Below, in pieces: positions 35,198-64,000 of a stretch of 64,000 bases of DNA. The first letter of the stretch is position 1; the number at the start of each line of letters is the position of its first letter. The DNA comes from Macrostomum lignano (taxonomy: Eukaryota). Location of the stretch: positions 1-64,000 of the forward strand of contig NIVC01001835.1 of the NCBI GenBank assembly GCA_002269645.1. Direction: 5' to 3'. The notes below the pieces were generated by a model. The model was not told the origin of the DNA. It was given only the letters and a program-made list of their open reading frames with translations, and did not search any database. A program made the translations under genes and the position numbers.

Positions 35198-37525
35198 CGC
35201 CAAGATCCAGGCAAATCCGGTGAACTTCTGGCGGCACATTCGCTGGCAAGCCACATTTCTGGTTGACTTGTCCACGGAAAGCCTGCCGCCGCAGTGCGTC
35301 CACGCGCCTGAAGGCGCCAGGTTTGCCGCCTTGCCTAAACTGTCTGGCGCCAGCCTCACCGGTGGCGCCGCCCAGCCTGGCGCCGAAGAGGCAGCAGCCT
35401 GGCGCCAGGTCTGCCGCAATCCGCCAGCCACACTCTGCCGCACGAAGCACACAGCCGACGATCGCAACTGGATTGTGGTGCAGCAGCGGAGATCCGCCAG
35501 CCTCGGGTTCGACAGGCCCTGGGCTGACTATGTCAGAGGGTTCGGCGACGGCGAGAACTTCTGGATAGGTGCGATGGGTGACAGGCAGACAGGCACTCTT
35601 TTTTATTTTTTTATTATAAGCAGGGGGTTGTGTGCACCCTGGCGCACTTTAAGCGACATTGGCACACAACCGGCGAGAGGCATTACTGCCCATTCCGCCG
35701 ACTCCCCTGAGCAGGCATACAAGCGCGCGGATGCGTACACAGGCACACACTCGCACTGGAGTGTACAGCGGCCCTAACTTTATCAATTGTTAGGCATGTA
35801 CACTTCACTGTGCATTGGGGGGTTGGCTCTCAAGGCCGTTAATTGCACGAGCAGAGCCAAGCCGAGATTCAAATTCAGCCCCAAATTAATGTGACTGCAC
35901 TTGGAATCGAGCCTGGGTCGCTGGCACACCAGAGCAGCTGCGCTACCGCTGGGCTACGGCCCCCCTCAGACAGGCACTCAGACAGGCACTCTGACAGACA
36001 GTCTGACAGGCACTCAGACAGACACTCAGACAGGCACTCAGTCAGGCACTCAGTCAAGCACTCAGACAGGCACTCAGACAGACACTCAGTCAGGCACTCA
36101 GTCTGGCACTCAGACAGACACTCAGTCAGGCACTCAGTCAGGCACTCAGACAGGCACTCAGACAGACACTCAGACAGACACTCAGACAGACACTCAGTCA
36201 GGCACTCAGTCAGGCACTCAGACAGGCACTCAGACAGACACTCACACAGGCACTCTGACAGGCACTCAGTCAGGCACTCAGTCAGGCACTCAGAAAGGCA
36301 CTCTGACAGACAGTCTGACAGGCACTCAGTCAGGCACTCAGACAGGCACTCTGACAGACAGTCTGACAGGCACTCAGTCAGGCACTCAGACAGGCACTCT
36401 GACAGACACTCAGACAGACACTCTGACAGACACTCAGACAGACACTCAGACAGGCACTCTGACAGACACTCAGACAGGCACTCAGACAGGCACTCTGACA
36501 GACAGTCTGACAGGCACTCAGTCAGGCACTCAGACAGGCACTCTGACAGACACTCAGACAGGCACTCAGACAGGCACTCTGACAGACACTCAGACAGGCA
36601 CTCAGACAGACACTCTGACAGGCACTCAGTCAGGCACTCAGACAGGCACTCTGACAGACACTCAGACAGACACTCAGACAGGCACTCTGACAGACACTCA
36701 GACAGGCACTCAGACAGGCACTCTGACAGACACTCAGACAGGCACTCAGACAGGCACTCTGACAGGCACTCAGTCAGGCACTCAGACAGGCACTCTGACA
36801 GACACTCAGACAGACACTCAGACAGGCACTCTGACAGACACTCAGACAGACACTCAGACAGGCACTCTGACAGACACTCAGACAGACACTCAGACAGGCA
36901 CTCTGACAGACACTCAGAAAGACACTCAGACAGACACTCAGACAGGCACTCAGACAGGCACTCTGACAGGCACTCTGACAGACACTCTTACAGACCATTT
37001 ACGTGCAGTATGACAGCCCATGCAGACCTGCAAGCCATCACCTGCTATCAAATCGCAAAAACCATCAATATCAACACACTTTGACCTGCAGGCCTCACAG
37101 CGCTGCACATGCTCACCACAGCGAGTAACCGCGGACCCGGCGTCAACCTCCGCATCCAGATGACCTTCTGGAACGGTACAGAGGCCTTTGCCGAATACAC
37201 CGGCTTCCAAGTGGCCGGCCACGAGGCCAATTTTAGCATGACCTACTCACAGATGAGCAAGTCCAAGTCCAGCGTGTTCTACGACGCGCTGGCCGACGGC
37301 AAAGGCGCCGGTTTCTCCACCTACGATCGGGATCGCGACAGAGATTCGGGTTCCTGCTCGCAGACCTGGGGCCGCGGCGGCTGGTGGTTCGGGGCCTGCT
37401 ACAAGTTCTATCCTAACGACCTGTACCCACCGGGGGGCCGGAATCTGGACTGGAAGTACATGAAGTGGGCCTCGAATAAGGAGATCGTATCGCTAAGCAG
37501 CGTTTTGATGATGGTCCAGATTTGA
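35198..37525 (+). CDS. Fibrinogen-related domain (FReD; ficolin/tenascin-like) protein; first exon not located
   Basis: Exons 35198..35568 (after ccacag; then gtgcga) and 37092..37525 (after ctgcag); phase 1. Motifs: WIVVQQR...FDRPWADYVRGFGDGENFWIGLTALHMLT, FSTYDRDRD...C....GGWWFGAC, LMMVQI*. Confidence 0.88.
35597..35961 (-). mobile_element. Second tRNA-derived SINE-like element (family B) in the FReD intron
   Basis: The minus strand starts GGCCGTAGCCCAGCGGTAGCGC (A-box-like), has GGCTCGATTCC (B-box-like) and ends in an A-rich tail near 35597. The body differs from family A. Single copy in the window. Confidence 0.6.
35965..36995. repeat. 12-bp minisatellite (CAGACAGGCACT)n in the FReD intron
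   Basis: About 85 variant units; source of the HSDR/TQTG ORFs. Confidence 0.97.
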
Positions 37526-37829
37526 AGGCTTACTAGCACTTGAACTATACGAGCTGGTATATTAAAAAGACGACTAACTATGCATATTCGGTATTAATTT
37601 CAGCTCTACCAGCTAAACTCAATAAGAAATGAATAGTTTTATATGATCTTGACTAATCAATCAATACTAATATACTCGTATATGTATGCACGTGACCGAT
37701 ATGAGGCACTTTTGATTATTTATCTAATCTACATGTTGTATCATAGGCGTATAATTCCTTGTACTCCAGTGGGACCTACCCCATGTTCTCCACTGTGATA
37801 CCCCCTCCCTCCCGTGACATCTCTCATGC

Positions 37830-39305
37830 TCTCTACTGTGGCACCCCCTGTTCCCCGGTGTGACATCCACTGTTCAACCAGTGTGGCATCCCCTGCTCAA
37901 CCAGTGTGGCATCCCCTGTTACTAGTGTGGCATCCCCTGTTCCCCAGTGTGGCATCCCCTGTTCCCCAGTGTGGCATCCCCTGTTCCCAGTGTGGCATCC
38001 CCTGTTCCCCAGTGTGGCATCCCCTGTTCCCAGTGTGGCATCCCCTGTTCCCAGTGTGGCATCCCCTGTTCCCCAGTGTAGCCTCCCCTGTTCCCCAGTG
38101 TGGCATCCCCTGTTCCCCAGTGTGGCATCCCCTGTTCCTCAGTGTGGCATCCCCTGTTCCCCAGTGTGGCATCCCCTGTTCCTCACTGTGGCATCCCATG
38201 TTCCCCAGTGTGGCATCCCCTGTTCCTCAGTGTGGCATCCCCTGTTCCCCAGTGTGGCATCCTCTGTTCACCAGTGTGGCATCCCATGTTCCCCAGTGTG
38301 GCATCCCCTGTTCCTCAGTGTGGCATCCTATGTTCCCCAGTGTGGCATCCCCTGTTCCCCAGTGTGGCATCCCCTGTTCCTCAGTGTGGCATCCCCTGTT
38401 CCCCAGTGTGGCATCCCCTGTTCCCCAGTGTGGCATCCCCTGTTCCTCAGTGTGGCATCCCCTGTTCCCCAGTGTGGCATCCCCTGTTCCTCAGTGTGGC
38501 ATCCCATGTTCCCCAGTGTGGCATCCCCTGTTCCTCAGTGTGGCATCCCCTGTTCCCCAGTGTGGCATCCTCTGTTCACCAGTGTGGCATCCCCTGTTCC
38601 CCAGTGTGGCACCCCCTGTTCCCCGGTGTGACATCCCCTGTTCAACCAGTGTGGCATCCCCTGCTCAACCAGTGTGGCATCCCCTGTTCCCAGTGTGGCA
38701 TCCCCTGTTCCCCAGTGTGGCATCCCCTGTTCCTCAGTGTGGCATCCCCTGTTCCCCAGTGTGGCATCCCCTGTTCCTCAGTGTGGCATCCCATGTTCCC
38801 CAGTGTGGCATCCCCTGTTCCCCAGTGTGGCATCCCCTGTTCCTCAGTGTGGCATCCCATGTTCCCCAGTGTGGCATCCCCTGTTCCTCAGTGTGGCATC
38901 CCCTGTTCCCCAGTGTGGCATCCCCTGTTCCCCAGTGTGGCATCCCCTGTTCCCCAGTGTGGCATCCCCTGTTCCTCAGTCTGGCATCCCCTGTTCCCCA
39001 GTGGCATCCCCTGTTCCCCAGTGTGGCATCCCCTGCTCAACCAGTGTTGCATCCCCTGTTCCTCAGTGTGGCCTCCCCTGTTCCCCAGTGTGGCATCCCC
39101 TGTTCCCCAGTGTGGCATCCCCTGTTCCCCAGTGTGGCATCCCTTGCTCCCCAGTGTGGCATCCCCTGTTCCCCAGGGTGGCATCCCCTGTTCCCTAGTG
39201 TGGCATCCCCTGTTCCCCAGGGTGGCATCCCCTGCTCAACCAGTGTGGCATCCCCTGTTCCCCAGGGTGGCATCCCCTGCTCAACCAGTGTGGCATCCCC
39301 TGTTC
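37830..39305. repeat. 21/22-bp minisatellite (GTGGCATCCCCTGTTCCCCAGT)n
   Basis: About 65 units; all ORFs here are periodic artefacts. Confidence 0.97.
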
Positions 39306-40282
39306 TCCCAGAAAAGAATGGCAGCCGAGGAGCAGAACAGCAGAAGTACCGATTATAGAGCTGTGGCTGGCACAGATATAAACACTTTTTATTAGCTATA
39401 CAAATAATTCCTTTACTTTCAAACGAGCTCATGCGGTTACTAACGCATCGGGTGCCGTTATATGATATGCTATTTATAACTTTCGTACAGTTTCAAACAC
39501 AAAAATTTATTAGCAAAAGTGTTATAAATCGTCACTTTTTACAGATTATTAATAAGGCCTTTCTTTATACCATTATTGAGTAAAAACTTCAGTTAAATTG
39601 CAATAATAAATATTTTGGCTCGAGACATACACATGATAAAAATGTAATATTGGAAATGTTTATTACAAATCTCTTTGTAAACACAACATTTGCTACTTAT
39701 TAAAATAGCAATAGTAAGCTATTAATCGTGAAGGGAATCAGCTGTTATAAAGGAATTTTACATTGCATAGCAACAACAAGCGACGTTTTGACAACAAAAA
39801 GAGTTAATAATAATTATAATCAGTTACTACTATTAAAATTGTATATATTATTAAAAACAGCCAAGGAGGAAATTAACTGGCACAAATTCGGTAATAACTG
39901 TTAACCGCACAGCCAGATGGATGATGTTACCTGTATGCCGCACTGCATCAGACATTACACTGTAGTAAATGTAGCCCTGTCTACAACTATAAAATATGAT
40001 CATTTTGGTCCAATTATTAAAACTGCTGTCCTGACACAGCGCACAACACAGTTGATGAAAAAAACACATTTTTAAGGCTTAGCGCAGATTTTAGCACTGA
40101 AGAAGGGCTGCAGATGACTGACAGGACAGCGAAGTAATTGCAAATTTTACAACATTTCAATTGTATTATACATGAAATATTCTCCCATGTTCGACTACTA
40201 TGCCGGCATGAAGGTTGGCCAAGAAAGAAATTCGAAAAATAAGTTAACTGGTTAGCAATATATCGGCTGGCTAAATGGCAGT

Positions 40283-40311
40283 CAGACAGGCAGACAGACA
40301 GGCAGACAGAC

Positions 40312-40396
<85 letters not shown>

Positions 40397-40433
40397 GGCG
40401 GACAGACAGGCAGACAGACAGGCAGACAGACAC

Positions 40434-40476
<43 letters not shown>

Positions 40477-40521
40477 GGCAGGCAGACAGACTGACAGACA
40501 GACAGACAGACAGACAGACAC

Positions 40522-40606
<85 letters not shown>

Positions 40607-40683
40607 AAGACAGACAGACAGACAGACAGACAGACAGCCAGACAGACAGACAGACAGACAGACTGGCAGACAGATAGACAGAA

Positions 40684-40716
<33 letters not shown>

Positions 40717-40733
40717 CAGACAGACAGACAGAC

Positions 40734-40771
<38 letters not shown>

Positions 40772-40823
40772 GCAGACAAACAGACAGACAGACAGACACA
40801 AAGACAGACAGACAGACAGACAG

Positions 40824-40855
<32 letters not shown>

Positions 40856-40891
40856 GCGGACAGACAGGCAGACAGACAGGCAGACAGACAC

Positions 40892-40922
<31 letters not shown>

Positions 40923-40973
40923 GGCAGGCAGACAGACAGACAGACAGCCAGACAGACAGCCAGACAGACAGCC

Positions 40974-41014
<41 letters not shown>

Positions 41015-41017
41015 GGC

Positions 41018-41050
<33 letters not shown>

Positions 41051-41182
41051 GGCAGGCAGACAGACAGACAGACAGACAGACAGACAGGCGGACAGACAGA
41101 CACACAGACAGGCAGACAGACAGGCAGGCAGGCAGACAGACAGACAGACAGAAAGACACACAGACAGGCAGACAGACAGACA
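40283..41182. repeat. (CAGA)n tetranucleotide microsatellite, ~900 bp
   Basis: Direct inspection; interrupted by CAGG, TAGA and CACA variants. Confidence 0.98.
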
Positions 41183-41509
41183 AAATACAAACATAAAAAG
41201 AGGAACAGAGGACATACAAAAATACAGACAAGCAGAAGTCAGCACTATCAAATCGGTGAGACAACATTGAAAAATCAAACTTATAATTAAGCATAGTACA
41301 GCTAGAAGCACATGAGGAGATAAAGTTAGAATTGATCAAGCGGTTAAGCAAAGAAAAACAAAATAAAGAAATAAAAAATATACGCTCAATTTCAAAGGTA
41401 CTGATGGACGCCTATCTGTGTCTGTAGTAGAATCACACGTTAGCAGCAAGCTATTATTGCAATAATAATTATTAACATATTCATATATTACACAGATTAC
41501 ATAGTTATC

Positions 41510-54779
<13,270 letters not shown>

Positions 54780-55829
54780 TTTTAATTATCAATGCTATGG
54801 CCTTCAACTTAAATCCATGAGACAGTTTGCAGCAAGGTAAATTCCAAAACATTATTAATACAAAATTAATATGAGTAGCTTTAATATACAATGATTTTTA
54901 TATGCCTAAATTAGCAAATAAATATCAAAATCTCACTAGAGTCCCTATTGTAAGGACTAAACTCTTTGTTTATCATAGTACTATATAACTATTGTCAAAG
55001 TATAAGCAATCCCAATTCCAAAAGCCACAATTCTCATGGCTAGGGCCTATAGGATATATTTGGCAATAATATTTTTAATGTTTATGCCAATTTATTCCCA
55101 TAGGGCCATATATTCTAATCTATCACTATCAGTTTATTAAGAAACCATTGCTAATAATGATGCTATGCAAAAATGAGATAAAGGGTTCAGTTTTACTTTT
55201 TTGTGGCTGTGGGGGGTAGGCCTAGTTTATTGGCAGTTGACAAAGTGACCGAGGTTTAAGATCATTTCATTGGCTAGTTAACAAAACAACCAGTGATAAA
55301 ACCGAGTTGACAAAATAGCCAATTGACAAAATGACTAGGATCCTTTTGTGCTCAGTTCATACTTTTTTGTGAATGAGTTCATACTAAAAGACATAGAAGG
55401 TGGCTATATCCTTCATACAGAATCTATTTGATATTGGAAACAGTGGCAATCTTATTATTGCCAAAAATAAAAGTGATGGTACTATTATATATGCTTATAT
55501 GGCAAATGTGCCCTTACATTAGAAGCTCATACATTATAATAGATACAACTGCCATTTTGATATAATATAAGTAGGGCCTAATGTTTCCAAAAAATGTCCA
55601 ACTTTTCTAATCTAGGGCCTAGGCAAGCAAATATATCAATTTGAATTAGCTAGATTATGTGGCTATCTTATAGTATAGTATTAGGCCTATAATCATTTGT
55701 TAAATAATTTTTTCTCTTGAATTCAATTCCTGTTTATTTTTAAGCCCTAATATCTATATATTATATAGGCTTAAATTAAATTATATTGTTAAGTTCTCTA
55801 TCAATTTAAGTTATATTATATATAGCCTG

Positions 55830-56110
55830 ATTGCAGCGCATGGGCATTTTGGCGGACGGCGTCCGGCGTGGATCAGCCTGCGCGGCGCAGCATTGGTGGT
55901 GGACCAGGGGTAAGTCGCAAAAATGCCACCCCATAGAATATGGGCGTAGTACTAATTAGATGCCGAGGCATTTAGGCTTGATAAGACAGTCATAGTTACT
56001 CCTGCCGTTTACCCAAAACTGCGTTAATTTTGCTTTAGGGTTTCTTTCACAGGTAAGTCATTTCACAGCGTGGCGCAGGTTGTGTAGGCGTCTGGCGTAC
56101 TTAAGCCATG
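55830..56110. promoter_or_regulatory. Candidate CpG-retaining promoter / 5' non-coding exon region between divergent Par3 and CERK-like genes
   Basis: Abrupt GC- and CpG-rich patch next to CpG-poor DNA. + strand donor-like GGGTAAGT near 55910 and CAGGTAAGT near 56050. Positional inference only. Confidence 0.35.
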
Positions 56111-57136
56111 CGCTGCAATAGGGGCCTATAGTATTATGTTGTCAAAACTTTAATTAATAAATAAACCTCAAACTTAAATGGTACACCAAAGAGGTACTCC
56201 AAATAGTATTACAGCATACTGATGCTTTTGTGGTGATAAAACCCTAGACATAGCCTAATACTATACTATAGCCATAGGAAAATTTCATTATAAGATATAA
56301 GTTAATACTATAGGTAAAGTAGATTAGATATAATGCCAATGGAAAGGCTTATATACAGGGACGGTTTTAAACTGTATTTAACTTAACCAAGGTCTTGGAC
56401 AATAGCTTTAACACTTACACACTTTTAAGTCCTACGACACAAGTACAGCACATACGCGTGGCGTGGGATAGGGCCCAATAAGATAGGATGGGACCATTCG
56501 CAAAATCTGCGGATTTCCGAGATATTTCTAAATTTAGAAATATGATATAAGTAAATAAAACAAAGTTTTAACACTAATAGTTATAGCGTAATACAAATAG
56601 TTTTTAGTATATTAGATGTATCTTAACAAAAATCTACAGAATTTACAATATTTTCTAAAATATTCTAAATACATTTGCAATTGTTTATACATAAGCGTCA
56701 TTTGCAATATTTAACACGCCAAGTGTCATATTTTATTGCCCCTAGCCAAAGGCGTACTTCAGTCTTTCGATAACATTATATACCGGTTTGATACACCATT
56801 AAAGGTAAGTACTCGTTCATAATTAATATGACCAAGGGCTATAGTCAGTACCTGATAAGTATAGTACATTATGCTTCCATCGATAGCACACAGGCGTGAC
56901 ACAGCTAGTTGCATGCTCGAAATAATTTGTTCTTTGTATAAAAATATTTATTTGCATACGTGATGTAACGTCACATTTTTATAGTATATTGCTGCAGTAT
57001 ATTTAATACGAACAAAATTACATGCTATAAAAATCAAGTGCAACTTTTAAATGCCAGCTTTTTGTCCATAGCAGCAAATCGCTCAATCTACCAAGAAATA
57101 TTTTGTAAATTTTTCAGCAAGCGAATTGATGATCAC

Positions 57137-61428
<4,292 letters not shown>

Positions 61429-62336
61429 ATGCAAAATACTTTTGGAAAGCAGTGAATAAGTTTTTGCCTGAAATATTGCTCAATAGTACCAAAAGTAGCA
61501 CCGTAACAGCATGCGAGCTTTCGTTTCTTGGAACTATTCTAATACGCTTTCCTACGAGATCAAGAATCTTAAACCTTCAAATATATTTTCTAAGAAATGA
61601 AAGATCGTATCTGCTACGCATATGATATGCGCGTTAAGTATTGTAAGAAAGGGCAAGAGGAACTAGAATTTTATATTTAATGGAAGAAGAAGTCGTGCCA
61701 TTAGTAAATACATGTAAGTATTCACTACCGGTCTGGACTTTAGTCGAATGCACTGTAATATATTATATTATAAATACGGTCCACACAAAGCAAAAAAACT
61801 GAGGTAGAAATAACTAATAAAGATACATGATATTAAATAGTAATTTCATCGATCGAAACAAAATGAACACTGCTCTTCATACACCATATATTACGCACTG
61901 CAATGCCGCACTAAACATTTGGAAACACGCACTAGAGATTTTGAATCTCAAATTTTAAATTTCAAAGAGCTCTTGGGTTGTAAAAATTCACTTTTTTGTT
62001 TAGTTTAAACTTTTTACGTATAAAGAAAAAATCTGATAAACAATTTGAAATGTTTCGCGCGATTTTGAATAGTATAAGCGTACAATTATAACAAAAACTA
62101 TTTTAATAACTAAGACAGACTAGTAGCGCAGCTAGAAGTTTTTGATTTGCAACACTGATTTTAACAAAAAATCAAGTTGCATTGTTAATTTCTCGACATT
62201 TTAAGCCCTTTAGCAGCTAGTTTTATTAGAATTATAATATCCATTGGAACTTACAACTACCAGGTTTAAAAACTATTAAATCTAAAGGAAAATGTTTCAG
62301 GTCAAACAAAGACTCAAAACTAAGTGTATTCTTTTG

Positions 62337-62367
62337 TTAATCTTTATTGGCTAATTGATGAGTCATG

Positions 62368-62408
<41 letters not shown>

Positions 62409-63008
62409 GGACAGAGTTCTAGCTACCCGTTTCCGATGATGCTCCTCGCGTTTCTCGTACTCTTGTGGATCGAAGCCGCGCACCAGCAGGGCGGTGAGAT
62501 TCTGCTGATGAGGCCTGTGAGGATGTCGCTGCTGCTGTCGGTGTTGATGATGGTGGCGATGTCTATCGTGATAATCCTGCCGTTTCTGATAGCGCTGATG
62601 ATGATGGTACTGATAGTGTCCTCCGGTCAGACTCCAAATTGGCGTGGAAGTCGCTGGAGCCATCGACGATTGACGCGGCGGCGAACAGGGCTGACCGCTG
62701 CCGGCAGGGGCTGCGGGCGGCGTCAGGCAGTCAGCGGAACCGGCGCTTCCGCCGGACTTGTCGACAGCCCGAGCCAGGCGCTGCGGCAGGCTGCTGATCA
62801 GCCGGATGCCGCCGCCGCCGCCGCCGTTGGCAAACCTCTTGGCATCTGCCAGACGGCCCAAGAAGTTGTTGCCATCGACTTGAGCCAGTTTGACTCCGCA
62901 CGGCGCCCGGACCAGCACAGCGTCGGTGGAGTCAATCGAAGCGGCCGCCGACGATCTGGAAGATGTCGTTGCTACTGACGCGTCTAGCTTAGAATCTGAT
63001 GAGCCCAT
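62337..63008 (-). CDS. Uncharacterised protein beginning MGSSDSK (candidate N-myristoylation site), 223 aa; may have an upstream exon
   Basis: GC-rich ORF with the same CAG/GCC homopeptide style as the real exons in the window. AG acceptor immediately before the ATG and a donor-like GTAAGC ~50 nt upstream. No family recognised. Confidence 0.55.
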
Positions 63009-63441
63009 GCTTTTAATCGAAATAATTGCAGCCGTTCCAGTTAGAACCGGCTTACTTATATATAGTCGCATGTGAAACTCTCCTCCCGCTGTTTTGGTTA
63101 GCAAGATTCATATGCGGGCATGTTGAGCCACACCCTGGCTTGACTCCACTGTGTTCCAATCTTCCATTTCCATTGCGTAATGCGAGAGAATATTGTGCAA
63201 GTAGTAAGGCCTGGGTTAGACTACATTTTAGTAGCTTCTCTCAAGCCGCGACTGACTCCACTGACTCATGCATCTAGCGCGGTCGATTACTAGCTATAGT
63301 AATAGTACATGTCATGGACAAATGAATTAAAAGGACGCCAAATTAAATTTTCTTAGAAACGCATAAAGCTACATTCGAGAGAGAGAAAGCATAGCGCTGA
63401 ATGGGGCTTCGTCATAGAAAAATCTCGTTGAGTAAAATCTT

Positions 63442-64000
63442 CAACTCCTGACTTCTGAACTCAGCAACTCCTGACCAAGCAACTCCTGACCAAGCAACTC
63501 TTGACCAAGCAACTCCTGACCAAGCAACTCCTGACCAAGCAACTCCTGACCAAGCAACTCCTGACCAAGCAACTCCTGACCAAGCAACTCCTGACCAAGC
63601 AACTCCTGACCAAGCAACTCCTGACCAAGCAACTCCTGACCAAGCAACTCCTGACCAAGCAACTCCTGACCCACCAGCTCCTGACCCACCAACTCCTGAC
63701 CAAGCAACTCCTGACCCACTAACTCTTGACCCACCAACTCCTGACCAAGCAACTCCTGACCCACCAACTCTTGACCCACCAACTCTTGACCCACCAACTC
63801 CTGACCAAGCAACTCCTGACCCACCAACTCTTGACCCACCAACTCCTGACCAAGCAACTCCTGACCAAGCAACTCCTGACCCACCAACTCTTGACCCACC
63901 AACTCCTGACCAAGCAACTCCTGACCAAGCAACTTCTGACCCACCAACTCCTGACCCACCAACTCCTGACCCACCAACTCCTGACCCACCAACTCCTGAC
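63442..64000. repeat. 15-bp minisatellite (ACCAAGCAACTCCTG / ACCCACCAACTCCTG)n running off the window end
   Basis: About 37 units; source of the GQELL ORF. Confidence 0.96.

Noticed and set aside
1-37525. Immune gene cluster (Mx-like, TNFR-like, FReD)
   Set aside because: The genes are separated by unrelated housekeeping genes and no shared regulatory feature is visible; co-location alone is not evidence.
35843-41351. Long ORFs (370-514 aa) such as HSDR-, TQTG-, VASPVPQCG- and SVCL-repeat proteins
   Set aside because: They are translations of 12-, 22- and 4-bp tandem arrays that are open in several frames and strands at once; one lies inside a well-defined intron.
62355-62978. + strand ORF with a poly-Leu 'signal peptide' and hydrophobic segments; possible extra CERK exon (GGEILLMRPV)
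   Set aside because: It is the antisense shadow of CAG/CAT repeats of the minus-strand ORF. The CERK-like protein already has a plausible C-terminus at 61428.

Overview
Eukaryotic (metazoan) genomic DNA with GT-AG introns and no prokaryotic features. Gene content, GC-rich Gln/Ala/Ser-rich exons and dense intronic minisatellites suggest a free-living flatworm such as Macrostomum; this is an inference, not shown by the sequence. Eleven protein-coding genes could be assembled by hand: the 3' part of an Mx-like dynamin GTPase, an intronless divergent rhodopsin-like 7TM receptor, an intronless Boule, KCTD5/2/17-like, VPS37, sulfite oxidase, a small TNFR-CRD-like type I membrane protein, a fibrinogen-domain protein, a 10-exon Par3/bazooka, a CERK/CERKL-like gene with a one-base frame break, and an orphan beginning MGSSDSK. 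There is also a truncated duplicate of the SUOX 5' end. Mobile DNA includes an internally deleted Phantom-type Mutator element (PHD + FLYWCH, tandem-repeat TIRs, 8-bp TSD), two MITE-like elements with candidate TSDs, two tRNA-derived SINE families and a LINE 3' fragment. About 20 unrelated tandem arrays occur, usually a different one per intron; most long ORFs in the supplied track are artefacts of these arrays or antisense shadows. The most interesting points are the invertebrate Mx with an enlarged L4 loop, the TNFR-like receptor, the private-minisatellite-per-intron architecture, and sharp CpG-depleted blocks suggesting mosaic methylation. I found no convincing wholly new multi-gene system. 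All exon boundaries were read by eye and need transcript confirmation.
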